From NCBI GenBank assembly GCA_032128375.1, contig JAQBGU010000177.1, positions 1 to 40,433 on the forward strand: 40,433 nt of DNA. Direction: 5' to 3'. The DNA is from Deltaproteobacteria bacterium. Its GTDB lineage: Bacteria > Myxococcota_A > UBA9160 > SMWR01. A program made the translations under genes and the position numbers. Below the pieces are notes generated by a model. It was given only the letters and a program-made list of their open reading frames with translations, was not told the DNA's origin and did no database searches. Positions 1 to 9,245 of this stretch are shown in pieces (the first letter of the stretch is position 1; each line of letters starts with the position of its first letter).

Positions 1-229
1 GGTCGTTGCGGTCCGCGGCCAGTTCCATCTCCTCGCGCAGCTCGACGAGTCGCGTCCGGTATGCGGAGCGGGCCTGTGCGTCGAGTACCGGTCCGGCGTC
101 GCCCAGCCCGAGCCGAATATCATCCGCCTCCGCCGCTGCGACGGCGCACGCGCCGGATCCCTCACGGGCCGCCCATGTTGCGTGGGAACGTTTGGGCGGT
201 GATGCTTCGCGCCATGTTGACCCATCCAG
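1..229 (-). pseudogene. Start-less fragment resembling the C-terminal region of large ATP-binding/TPR transcriptional regulators; runs off the window edge
   Basis: Manual minus-strand translation gives ...DDIRLGLGDAGPVLDAQARSAYRTRLVELREEMELAADRND. The frame is closed upstream by TGA at 232-230 and has no ATG/GTG/TTG before the motif. Not in the ORF track. Confidence 0.45.
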
Positions 230-304
230 TCAAGAGTCTGAGCCTGACTCTGAAAGCGGATTATGCCGGTATGATGCTGGCTGCGATACGACACGGAGCT
301 GCGA

Positions 305-841
305 ATGAGCGATCACATCACCCGCTACAGCGTGATGCCGATTCCGGCGATCGACGCGAACACGACTTCGTTTCACATCGGATCGATTCGGCTCGGCGTG
401 GAGTATCGCGTGCTCACCGATGCAGTCGCCGCCGCAGCGCAGCTTTCGGCCGCAGATGGAGACGAGCGCGGACAGACGACCGAACTCGACGATCGCGGTG
501 TGTCGATCCATGTCCATGGCAATCAAGACGGCGAAGAGCGCGAGTTTTTGCGCTTCGATTGTTTCGATGAAGACCCCCACTACCACTACATCAACTGGCG
601 CGACCGGAGTAACGAAATGCTCCACATGGATCCGGCTGCGACGGGTGATCCGGTCGCATTCGCGCTCGGGTGCATCGAACAACGCCTAGCGGCTCTGCTC
701 GAACGAGCTGGCGCCCCGGATGTCGCGTCGCAAGTCGATGTGACTGCGCTGCGCCAGATTCTGCCTGAAGTGAAGCGTGAAGCGACGCGTCTGCGTCGGG
801 CAGACAAAGCTTCGACGCGCGGCCCCCGAGCCAGCGGATGA
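305..841 (+). CDS. Conserved hypothetical protein with LRFDCF-x3-PHYHY motif
   Basis: 178 aa ORF with GGAG upstream. Contains EFLRFDCFDEDPHYHY. Stop overlaps the next start (ATGA at 838-841). Confidence 0.75.
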   Translation: MSDHITRYSVMPIPAIDANTTSFHIGSIRLGVEYRVLTDAVAAAAQLSAADGDERGQTTELDDRGVSIHVHGNQDGEEREFLRFDCFDEDPHYHYINWRDRSNEMLHMDPAATGDPVAFALGCIEQRLAALLERAGAPDVASQVDVTALRQILPEVKREATRLRRADKASTRGPRASG

Positions 842-2346
842 CGATCGGTTCCGGCGACACGAAGGCAGCGCGCTTGCGCGCCCAACTCGGCCACCCGGTC
901 GTGGATGCCGACGGACACATCATCGAGACCGCTCCGGTGTTCCTTCCCTTTTTCGAGCAATACGTGCGGGAGATCGGCGGGGGCAACCTCGCCGAAAAAT
1001 TTCGCAAGGCCGGCGGGATGGATTTCGACGAGATGGTGCTGCGACCGTGGAGCCGGCTTTCGTGGGACGAACGGCGCGCGAGTTGGGCAACGCGACCGTC
1101 GTGGTGGTCGCTACCGGCCGGTCAAAGCCTCGACCGGGCCACGTCCCACATTCCGCGGTTGATGTACGAACGTCTCGACGATCTGGGGATCGATTTCGCT
1201 GTTCTCTACGGCAGTCGAACCCTGACGACGACGGCGATCAAAGATGACGAAGTGAGGCAGGTCGCCTGCCGCGCCCTCAACGCGTTCAACGCCGAGGTCT
1301 ACGCCCCCTATCGCGACCGCATGATGCCCGCGGCTCACATTCCGATGCATTCGCCGGGCGAAGCGATCGCAGAACTCGAACACGCCGTATCCGAGTTGGG
1401 TTTCAAAGCCATCATGATCAACGGCCTGGTGCACCGGCCGATCGGAGAACAGCCGGGGGCCAACGACCCGCGGCTGCCGAGTTGGGGTTCGGGCGCGGGA
1501 GAGCGTTTGGATTGTCTGGGGCTCGACAGCGCCTACGACTACGATCCGTTCTGGCGCCGCTGTATCGAACTGAAGGTCGTGCCCGCGTCACACACCCCGG
1601 GCATGGGCTGGGGGAGCCGCCGCTCGGTATCGAACTACATGTCCAATCACATCGGCTCGTTCGGCGCGAGCATGGAAGCGCAGTGCAGATCGTTGTTCAT
1701 GGGCGGTGTCACTCACCGCTTTCCGGAACTGGCCTTTGGGTTGCTCGAAGGGGGCGTTTCCTGGGCCTGTCAGTTGTTCGCGGACACCGTCGGTCACTGG
1801 CAGAAACGCAATCGCCATACGATCGGGCATCTCGATCCCGCAACGCTGGATCTGGATCGGATCATCGCTCTGTTCAGCGAATTCGGCGACGCCAACTTTC
1901 ATGCCGACGTACCGGGACTCGCCGATGCGCTGGCGAAACTCGAACCGGAGCCGCCCTTTCTCGACGAATGGGCAGCCTGTGGGATCGACTGCGAAGAGGA
2001 TATTCGAGATCGATTCGTACCGAGCTTCTTCTTCGGCTGTGAGGCGGACGATCCCGGTGTCGCGATTGCGTTCGATCGGAATTTCAACCCGATGGGGGCA
2101 CGCTTGAATGCGATGTTCAGTTCGGACATGGGGCACTGGGATGTGGCGGACATGGCTGGGATCCTTCCCGAGGCCCACGAGTTGGTCGAAAGGAAACTCA
2201 TCGATGGCGATGACTTCAAAGACTTCGTGTTCACAAATCCAGTTCGATTCTATACGCGCATGAACCCGGGCTTCTTCGATGGCACGCGCGTCGAACACGC
2301 CGCGCGGCAAGTCGTGGCCGCCGCCGCGCGGGAGCCGGCGGCGTGA
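838..2346 (+). CDS. Amidohydrolase family protein (Amidohydro_2 type)
   Basis: N-terminal VVDADGHIIE metal motif, YDYDPFW, EGGVSW, FFFGCEADD and C-terminal FSSDMGHWD. Confidence 0.9.
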   Translation: MTIGSGDTKAARLRAQLGHPVVDADGHIIETAPVFLPFFEQYVREIGGGNLAEKFRKAGGMDFDEMVLRPWSRLSWDERRASWATRPSWWSLPAGQSLDRATSHIPRLMYERLDDLGIDFAVLYGSRTLTTTAIKDDEVRQVACRALNAFNAEVYAPYRDRMMPAAHIPMHSPGEAIAELEHAVSELGFKAIMINGLVHRPIGEQPGANDPRLPSWGSGAGERLDCLGLDSAYDYDPFWRRCIELKVVPASHTPGMGWGSRRSVSNYMSNHIGSFGASMEAQCRSLFMGGVTHRFPELAFGLLEGGVSWACQLFADTVGHWQKRNRHTIGHLDPATLDLDRIIALFSEFGDANFHADVPGLADALAKLEPEPPFLDEWAACGIDCEEDIRDRFVPSFFFGCEADDPGVAIAFDRNFNPMGARLNAMFSSDMGHWDVADMAGILPEAHELVERKLIDGDDFKDFVFTNPVRFYTRMNPGFFDGTRVEHAARQVVAAAAREPAA

Positions 2347-3176
2347 GTGCGCTGCGCAACCGCGTGTGTATCGTGACCGGTGGCAGCCGCGGTGTCGGGC
2401 GCGGTTGCGCAATCGAGTTGGGGGCCGCGGGTGCAACGGTGTACGTCACCGGTCGATCGGACGGAAGCAGCAGCGGTCGGTTGCCTGGGACGGTCCGGAC
2501 GACTGCGGCGCAAGTCGATGAGGCTGGAGGCCGGGGCATTGCTGTGCCGTGCGACCATCGGGATGATGCGCAGGTAGAAGCGCTGTTCACTCGCGTGCGC
2601 GAAGAGGCCGGCCGCCTCGACGTACTCGTGAACAATGCTTTCTCGATTCCCAAGGAGCTGACATCCGGTAAGCCTTTCTACGAAGTGCCGGTTTCCAACT
2701 GGGACGACATGATCGACGTCGGGCTGCGTTCCGCCTACGTGGCATCGTGGCACGCGGCTCGGCTGATGGCCGGGCAAGGCTCCGGTCTGATCGCGAACAT
2801 TTCGAGCTCCGGGGCAGCCGAATACGCCTGGCACGTCGCCTACGGTGTGGGGAAATGTGCACTCGATCGGATGACCGCGGACATGGCGCACGAATTGCGC
2901 GACAGCGGCGTTGCGGTCGTATCGATCTGGCCCGGGTTGGTGCTGACCGAACGAACCCAGGTATTCGCGCAAACCACTCGACTCGATTTCGGGGGCGCCG
3001 AGTCCCAGCGCTTCACCGGTCGCGCCATCGCTCATCTGGCTGCAGACACCGACGTGCTTTCTCGCAGTGGCGCTGCCATCACATCGCGTGAACTCGCCGA
3101 TCACTACGGGTTTCGCGACGTGGACGGCACACTGCCGAGCGGTCCCATGCACCGGCGGCCCGAAGGGTTGAAGTGA
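2343..3176 (+). CDS. Short-chain dehydrogenase/reductase (DHRS1-like)
   Basis: TGGSRGVGRG Rossmann motif, LDVLVNNA and catalytic YGVGK. GTGA overlap with the upstream gene. Confidence 0.92.
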   Translation: MSALRNRVCIVTGGSRGVGRGCAIELGAAGATVYVTGRSDGSSSGRLPGTVRTTAAQVDEAGGRGIAVPCDHRDDAQVEALFTRVREEAGRLDVLVNNAFSIPKELTSGKPFYEVPVSNWDDMIDVGLRSAYVASWHAARLMAGQGSGLIANISSSGAAEYAWHVAYGVGKCALDRMTADMAHELRDSGVAVVSIWPGLVLTERTQVFAQTTRLDFGGAESQRFTGRAIAHLAADTDVLSRSGAAITSRELADHYGFRDVDGTLPSGPMHRRPEGLK

Positions 3177-3374
3177 CAGACGCCACGACGGTCGAATCAC
3201 TGTCTTCGGCGAGTCGGCTGGTGGGGGAAGCCCCGTCGCACCGCTCGCGATCGGGTAGGGCTCGCGACGGTGAACCCGAACCATTCGCACCAGGAGTCTG
3301 CGCGCAAGAGCGGCACTCTCGCGTGCAGGCGACGACGCCAGAGAACTCGAAGGATTCGCCTTCAGGAGATATCA

Positions 3375-4442
3375 ATGCACCTCGGAGCCTTCACGATGCC
3401 TTCCCACCCTCCCGAACGGGGAATCGCTCAGGGGATCCGCTGGGATATCGAGCAGCTGGCCCTTCTCGATCGCCTCGGGTTCGCCGAGGCGTGGATTGGT
3501 GAGCACTACACGGTTCCTTGGGAGCCCTGTCCCGCGCCGGACCTGCTCATCGCCCAGGCACTCATGCGGACGGAGAACATCAAACTGTGTCCAGGCGCGC
3601 ACCTGCTTCCGTACCACAACCCGGTCGAGCTCGCGCATCGGGTCGCCTATCTCGATCACATGGCCAAGGGCCGCTACATGCTGGGTGTCGGCATCAGTGC
3701 GGTGGGGAGCGACCTACAGCTATTTGGTGTCGATGCCGAGGCTGGCGAGAATCGCCGGATGACGCTCGAGTCGTTGGACCTCATGCTGCAACTCTGGAAC
3801 GACGGACCCAAAAACATGGACACCGAGCATTGGAAGATGCGCGAAGTGCAGACCGACTTCGATTTTCTGCACTATCACCTGCGCCCCTATCAACGGCCTC
3901 ATCCGCCGATCGGCATTGCAGGCTTGAGCCCGCATTCCGAGACGCTGAAGCTGGCTGGTGAACGGGGCTTTCTTCCGCTGAGCATTTCGCTGAATCCGGT
4001 TCATACGGCCTCGCACTGGGGTTCCATCGCGGCAGGGGGCGACCGCAGCGGACGCACGCCGGATCGCAAACAATGGCGCCTGGTTCGGGAGATCTACATC
4101 GGAGAGACCGACGAGAAAGCGCGACAGCAGGTCCGAGAAGGGGCGATCGGGCGATGTTGGCGCGAGTATCTGCTGCCTTTCTACATCGGCAACGGCTTCG
4201 CGGACCACTTCAAGGTCGATCCATCACACGCGGATTCGGAAGTGACGGTGGAATATCTCGTCGAGAAGAGTTGGTTCGTAGGTTCGGCTTCGACCGTGAT
4301 CGACAAACTCGGACAGCTTCAACACGACACAGGGGGTTTCGGCGGGCTATTGGTGATGATTTACGACTTCAGTACCGAGCAGGAAGCCTGGGAAGAGTCA
4401 CTCAACCGACTGATCGAAGACGTGTTGCCGCATTTTGCGTAA
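3375..4442 (+). CDS. Luciferase-like (LLM class) flavin-dependent monooxygenase
   Basis: MHLGAFTMPSHPPER start with AGGAG at 3364-3368. Contains EAWIGEH, LPYHNPVELAHRVAYLDH and QRPHPPI. Start moved from the ORF-track position 3270. Confidence 0.92.
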   Translation: MHLGAFTMPSHPPERGIAQGIRWDIEQLALLDRLGFAEAWIGEHYTVPWEPCPAPDLLIAQALMRTENIKLCPGAHLLPYHNPVELAHRVAYLDHMAKGRYMLGVGISAVGSDLQLFGVDAEAGENRRMTLESLDLMLQLWNDGPKNMDTEHWKMREVQTDFDFLHYHLRPYQRPHPPIGIAGLSPHSETLKLAGERGFLPLSISLNPVHTASHWGSIAAGGDRSGRTPDRKQWRLVREIYIGETDEKARQQVREGAIGRCWREYLLPFYIGNGFADHFKVDPSHADSEVTVEYLVEKSWFVGSASTVIDKLGQLQHDTGGFGGLLVMIYDFSTEQEAWEESLNRLIEDVLPHFA

Positions 4443-4589
4443 CCAGGACGATCGGTTCGGATCCCGTTCATTGTTTGAATCATCCGGGAGAAATATCAAG
4501 CGAGGCTCGTCATCTCGGTGTCATGACCGTGCTACCCGGCAATCGCGGCTTTCCGCTGCCCGGCGAAGGGCGAGACCTTGCGCGGTGGG

Positions 4590-5693
4590 TCAGCTGACGT
4601 CGGGGTGAAGACTCGCATAGCCTGCGTGGTCGGAACCGATCGGTAGCTCGACGGGCTGGCCGGTCGCATTCGAGTGGTACATCGCGGTTACCAGCTCGAG
4701 CGCTGTTCGAGCGTCGGAAATCGAAACCGGGAGTTCGCCTCCGGCTTCGAGTGCAGCAGCGAAGCGTGCGAACTGGCCCGCATAGAGCTGCCGTCCCGGC
4801 TCGAAATCCCGCAGTACCGCCCCGATCGCGGCGTCTATCTCCGGACTGGCACCGCGGAATGTCCATGGATCAAAACCCGGGGTATAGGGTGCCAGCGAGC
4901 TCTCGGCGGTGAGATTTTCGAAGCAGAACCGCAGCCGGGAGATTTCCTGTTGCGAGCCCAGCGTCGCCGAGAAGCTCGCGAGCGAGCCGTCGCAGAGTTC
5001 GAGCGAAATCGACGCGCAGTCCTCCGTCTCGATCGGGTTCACGCGCGTGGCAGTTCGAGCGAATACGCTGCGAACGGGGCCGAGCAGCCAAGTCACCATA
5101 TCGTGCGCATGGATCGCGTGCGTGAGTAACACACCCCCCAACTCGGTGCGAAAGCGCCCACGCCACTCGACCGCGTAGTAGGCGTCGCCGCGCAACCACG
5201 AAGTCTCGACAGTGGTCAGGTAGGCGCCACCCGTGATCCCCGACTCGATCAAGTGTCGAAGTTTCAGAACACCCGCACCAAACCGGTATTGGAAGATGGG
5301 CATCAGGCGGCATGCCGACTGAGCCTCGATCGCCGCGAGTGCGTCGAGCTGGGCGAGACTCGGCACCAGCGGCTTTTCGCAGACGACGTGACAGCCAGCT
5401 TCGAGCGCGGCTCGGCTCTGTGAGAAATGCAGATGGGGCGGTGTGCAAATATCGATCACGTCGAGATCGTCGCACGTGAGCAGCTCCGCAAAGTCGGAAA
5501 ATACCGCAATGCCTGCGGCGTCTTCGGGCGGGTTCGAGGAGCCCTGACTCAGGCTCTCTTTCAGGCTCGAGGCCTTCCCGCGCTCGAGATCGCACAAGGC
5601 TGCCAGCTCGAATTGCTCTGGCAGGGTCGCATAGGCGCGGGCGTGCGCTTCCCCGACGCCGAGGCCAACGACCGCCACTCGTAGGCGGCTCAT
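4590..5693 (-). CDS. Gfo/Idh/MocA family oxidoreductase
   Basis: VAVVGLGVG, ICTPPHLH, VVCEKP and GGVLLTHAIHAHD motifs. Confidence 0.92.
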   Translation of the reverse strand: MSRLRVAVVGLGVGEAHARAYATLPEQFELAALCDLERGKASSLKESLSQGSSNPPEDAAGIAVFSDFAELLTCDDLDVIDICTPPHLHFSQSRAALEAGCHVVCEKPLVPSLAQLDALAAIEAQSACRLMPIFQYRFGAGVLKLRHLIESGITGGAYLTTVETSWLRGDAYYAVEWRGRFRTELGGVLLTHAIHAHDMVTWLLGPVRSVFARTATRVNPIETEDCASISLELCDGSLASFSATLGSQQEISRLRFCFENLTAESSLAPYTPGFDPWTFRGASPEIDAAIGAVLRDFEPGRQLYAGQFARFAAALEAGGELPVSISDARTALELVTAMYHSNATGQPVELPIGSDHAGYASLHPDVS

Positions 5694-6751
5694 CGTGCGA
5701 GTCCGGGAATGATTTCCGGAAGCACGCGCCGTGGAAGCAGGCGGGCCTCGGCCTGAGCCTGCAGTACGAGTTCACAAACGGCGAAGCAGTGCGCCTGACT
5801 CATCGCGGTCTCGCTGCGCTCGACGACGTCGTCGAGTAACTGGCGCGCATACGGCAGATCGACATCAGCGCAGTCGATGTGGCGGGTCCGATCGCCATCG
5901 ACGAGGAACAGATGGCTGCCGTTTCCACGTCCGGCGATGTCGATGTTCTTGCGGATCTCCATGAACCCGCTGGTGCCGAGGATCGTCAGGCGACCGTCGC
6001 CCCAGCTCGAAAGCCCGTCGGGCGTGAACCAATCGACGCGCACGTAGCCGCTGCAACCCGGCGCCTCGAGCAGCATCTCGCCGAAGTCCTCGAGCTCGGG
6101 GTGATCGGGATGGGCGTGGTTGGCGACCCGAGCCGCTGCGACTCTGGCGTCCCGCGCGCCGGTGAAGTGCAGGAACTGGTCGACTTGATGGGAGCCGATA
6201 TCGGTCAGGATCCCGCCATAGCGCGCTCGTTCGAAGAACCAGGCTGGCCGGGTTGGCTCGGCGATGCGGTGCGGTCCGAGCCCGATCGTTTGAATCACCC
6301 GGCCGATGGCGCCTGACGCGATCAGTTCACTCGCGCGCACGGTCGCTGTGTTTTCGAACCGCTCACTGAAGCAGATCGAATAGATCCGACCGGTGTCCTG
6401 TTGGACTCGACGAACTTCGGCCAGCTGCTCGAGGCTCGTAACGCCCGGCTTGTCGACCATGAAGTCTTTGCCGTGGCGCATGACTTGGATCCCGAGCGCG
6501 GCGCGATCGGCTGGGACACCTGCACCGAGAACGAGTGGCACGCTCTGATCTTCCAGAATTCCTCTCGCATCCGACACCGCTCGCGCGCCGGGATGCGTCT
6601 TGCCGTAGAGCTCGGCCAGCCCTCCGCGCTTCGGCCAGTAGGCGACCAGCTCAGCGCCGGCATCGAGAAGCGCTTGCGTCATCGAGAAGATGTGAGCGTG
6701 GTCGAGCCCCATGGCTGCGATACGCGTGCGCGGTCTATCGCGGGCACTCAT
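5690..6751 (-). CDS. Gfo/Idh/MocA family oxidoreductase
   Basis: GLDHAHI, FMVDKP, GGILTDIGSHQVD and RVDWFTPDGL..WGDGR motifs. ATGA overlap with the downstream gene. Confidence 0.9.
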   Translation of the reverse strand: MSARDRPRTRIAAMGLDHAHIFSMTQALLDAGAELVAYWPKRGGLAELYGKTHPGARAVSDARGILEDQSVPLVLGAGVPADRAALGIQVMRHGKDFMVDKPGVTSLEQLAEVRRVQQDTGRIYSICFSERFENTATVRASELIASGAIGRVIQTIGLGPHRIAEPTRPAWFFERARYGGILTDIGSHQVDQFLHFTGARDARVAAARVANHAHPDHPELEDFGEMLLEAPGCSGYVRVDWFTPDGLSSWGDGRLTILGTSGFMEIRKNIDIAGRGNGSHLFLVDGDRTRHIDCADVDLPYARQLLDDVVERSETAMSQAHCFAVCELVLQAQAEARLLPRRVLPEIIPGLAR

Positions 6752-6871
6752 GCAGCCAGGTTACACTGATTTTGCGATAAGTAGCTCGCAGAGCCGCGAG
6801 CCGTACTCAGCAAGCGCCTGGCGAAAACGTCTCCGATCGAGAAGTGCCACCTCGACAGCAAGGAGCCCGAC

Positions 6872-7906
6872 ATGTTTCGATGGAGATGGATGGCAGCAGC
6901 GCTGGTTGTGGTTCTTCTCATCTTGGAGGGCGGCTCGGAGGTTGGCGGCGCACCTCCCGATGGCTCCAGCGTGCGACTTCCAGAGGCAATGCGTGCGCTC
7001 AAGAATATCAGTGCGGCTGCGCGGGCGGGCGACCATCTCTTCGTAGCGTCAGACGAGACGACCGAAGTCCTGGTACTCGAAAGTGTCGTCGAAAGGGTTC
7101 TCGAAAACTCGGCAGGTCGTTGGTCGTTTCGGTACGGCGCTCCACCGATTCAGTTGCCGATTTCGGGTACCCAAGAGATCGACATCGAAGCGATCGCCGC
7201 GGACGGGAACACCATCTATGTCGCGGGGTCCCACTCCCTCGCCAGAGAGAAGCTCTCAGCATCTCGTACCCACAAGAAAAACCGCAAACGATTCGGAGTG
7301 ATCAAGCGCGAGCGAAACCGGGAGCACATCTTTCGTTTCGAGTTCGACCCCGACACGGGTGTGGCCACCGAGATGGCAGAGATCTCGCTGCGCAGCCTGC
7401 TAGAACGGGACCCAATCCTGCATCGGTTTACCGAGATCCCAGGCAGCGAAAACGGCATCGATATCGAGGGGCTGAGCGTCATCGGAGACACACTCTATGT
7501 GGGATTTCGCAGCCCCGTATTGCGTCAAGGCTTCGTGCCCATCGTGAAGATGCGATTTGCCGCTCCCGACGCAGGGGAACTTCTCTTCGTTGACCTCGGG
7601 GGGCGTGGTATTCGTGACATGACACCTGTTGGCGGTGGATTCATTCTATTGGCCGGCCCGCCCGCAGACGGCAAGGGAAGCTTCGCGTTGTTTTATTGGA
7701 CGGGGGAGGATGGGCTCCCCGGACGCGATCGCCCGGCACACGAAACCATTTCGCTAGCCACCATCGATACGCCCAAAGGTAGCCGGGCCGAAGCGCTGAC
7801 GATCCTGCGGTCGGACGGCTCCTGCCATGATCTGCTGATTCTTTTCGACGGGATCGCGGGTGGAGCCCCTCGAGTCGAGCGCGTCTGCTTGCCCGGTTCC
7901 GTCTGA
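6872..7906 (+). CDS. DUF3616-like exported protein
   Basis: Hydrophobic N-terminus. Contains ASDE, DIEA, GSHS, ENGIDIEGL, GFRSP, DLGGRGIRD and LAGP motifs. Confidence 0.75.
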   Translation: MFRWRWMAAALVVVLLILEGGSEVGGAPPDGSSVRLPEAMRALKNISAAARAGDHLFVASDETTEVLVLESVVERVLENSAGRWSFRYGAPPIQLPISGTQEIDIEAIAADGNTIYVAGSHSLAREKLSASRTHKKNRKRFGVIKRERNREHIFRFEFDPDTGVATEMAEISLRSLLERDPILHRFTEIPGSENGIDIEGLSVIGDTLYVGFRSPVLRQGFVPIVKMRFAAPDAGELLFVDLGGRGIRDMTPVGGGFILLAGPPADGKGSFALFYWTGEDGLPGRDRPAHETISLATIDTPKGSRAEALTILRSDGSCHDLLILFDGIAGGAPRVERVCLPGSV

Positions 7907-8229
7907 CGCTTACGTGGCTCTCTATCAAAGCTTCCAGACCCATCTGCAGTGCAGCTTCGCGGTGTTCGTATTGGCTTGGGACGGAGATTGCTACAGATCG
8001 TCAATGAGATCATCGAAGGGGACTCGAGTTGCGAAGCGCTCGATGCCCCCCGGGCTGTTCATCGTACTCGTACCCGGTGGCGGTCGTCGATCTTTTTCAG
8101 CCCGGGCCCAAGGCGACGCCAACAACAGGACTCTTCCAAATCGCGGCCGCTTGGGCGAGATCGTTGCTTGTCCGTGCCCGACGCGGGAAGATCGCATCGT
8201 CTCACACTGGCACGCTACGCTGGATTCCA

Positions 8230-9165
8230 GTGGGTAGGCACGCACGCAGCGCAACCGGAACAGCATTCGCGCGAGCGGGGCTACTCGGCAATCCATCGGA
8301 CTCCTATGGCGGCAAGACCATCGCGTTCAGCGTGCGCAATTTCAGTGCGCAGGTCTCAGTCGAACCCTCTGACTGCCTCGAGATTGACGACCGGTTGGCC
8401 GCCCCGTTGTTGAAAGCGGCATTCGGGCGCTTCGAAGCTCACACCGGTAAACCCAGTGCGCCAATGCGAATCTCGCTCGTAACAGATGTGCCGTTCCAAG
8501 TAGGGTTGGCGGGCTCCAGCGCCATTGTGATCGCCGCACTGCGTGCCCTTTCCGCTGCACACGCGAGCCCGCTCGATCCCTTCGACCAGTCGGAGCTCGC
8601 GCTGGCCGCGGAAGCGGCGGACCTGGGCATTGCTGCCGGTCCCATGGACCGCGTGATTCAGGCGTATGAAGGCCTACTACACATGGATTTTGGCGAATAC
8701 CGCAGTCCTGCCTGTTACACCCGCTTGGACGTGTCTTCACTGCCTCCGCTGCTGATCGCCTGGGACCCTGGCGGTGGAGAGCACTCAGGTTCCGTGCATG
8801 CTGAACTACGCGACCGTTGGCAACGTGGTGAGGCCGATGTCCGCACAACCATGCAGATCTTTGGCGAACTCGTCGATGAAGGCGAGAGCGCGCTGCGAGA
8901 CGGCGATTTCGCGCGACTGCGCCGGGCCGTCGATCGCAACTTCGAAACGCGGGCGAAGTTGTTTCGTATCGCCGACCGGGATCGCGAAATGGTCGAACTG
9001 GCTCGGAGGCACGGCGCGGCGGCAAAGCAGTGCGGTTCGGGCGGAGCCTGTCTCGCGGTACTCGCCGCCGAGCCGGACGCGCAAACTCTGACGGCTGCAT
9101 ACCGCGACGCCGGCTATCTCACGCTCCGGCCGGTCATCGAGCCCGATCAGCCTCCTGCAAGATAG
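8230..9165 (+). CDS. GHMP kinase, glucuronokinase-like
   Basis: ARAGLLGNPSDSYGGKTI N-terminal motif, P-x-QVGLAGSSA ATP loop, AGPMDRVIQAY and C-terminal KQCGSGG. Start placed at GTG 8230 (uncertain; the ORF track starts at 8029). Confidence 0.82.
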   Translation: MGRHARSATGTAFARAGLLGNPSDSYGGKTIAFSVRNFSAQVSVEPSDCLEIDDRLAAPLLKAAFGRFEAHTGKPSAPMRISLVTDVPFQVGLAGSSAIVIAALRALSAAHASPLDPFDQSELALAAEAADLGIAAGPMDRVIQAYEGLLHMDFGEYRSPACYTRLDVSSLPPLLIAWDPGGGEHSGSVHAELRDRWQRGEADVRTTMQIFGELVDEGESALRDGDFARLRRAVDRNFETRAKLFRIADRDREMVELARRHGAAAKQCGSGGACLAVLAAEPDAQTLTAAYRDAGYLTLRPVIEPDQPPAR

Positions 9166-9245
9166 GCCCGAGAAACGGGTCCGACGGATCCGACTACCGG
9201 TGCATTCGACTAGTTCGCCTAGCCGCGCGTTCGACCCGAAGGCTT

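Noticed and set aside
230..682. Minus-strand ORF in frame with the 1-229 fragment across a TGA (possible selenocysteine or readthrough)
   Set aside because: It is antisense to the well-formed gene at 305-841, shows no protein-like motif, and the TGA is not in a redox-motif context.
7907..8229. 320-bp gap with a CCCGGGCTG/CAGCCCGGG inverted repeat and short ORFs
   Set aside because: There is no recognisable RNA family, transposon end or coding motif, and a 9-bp GC-only-rich stem is expected by chance.
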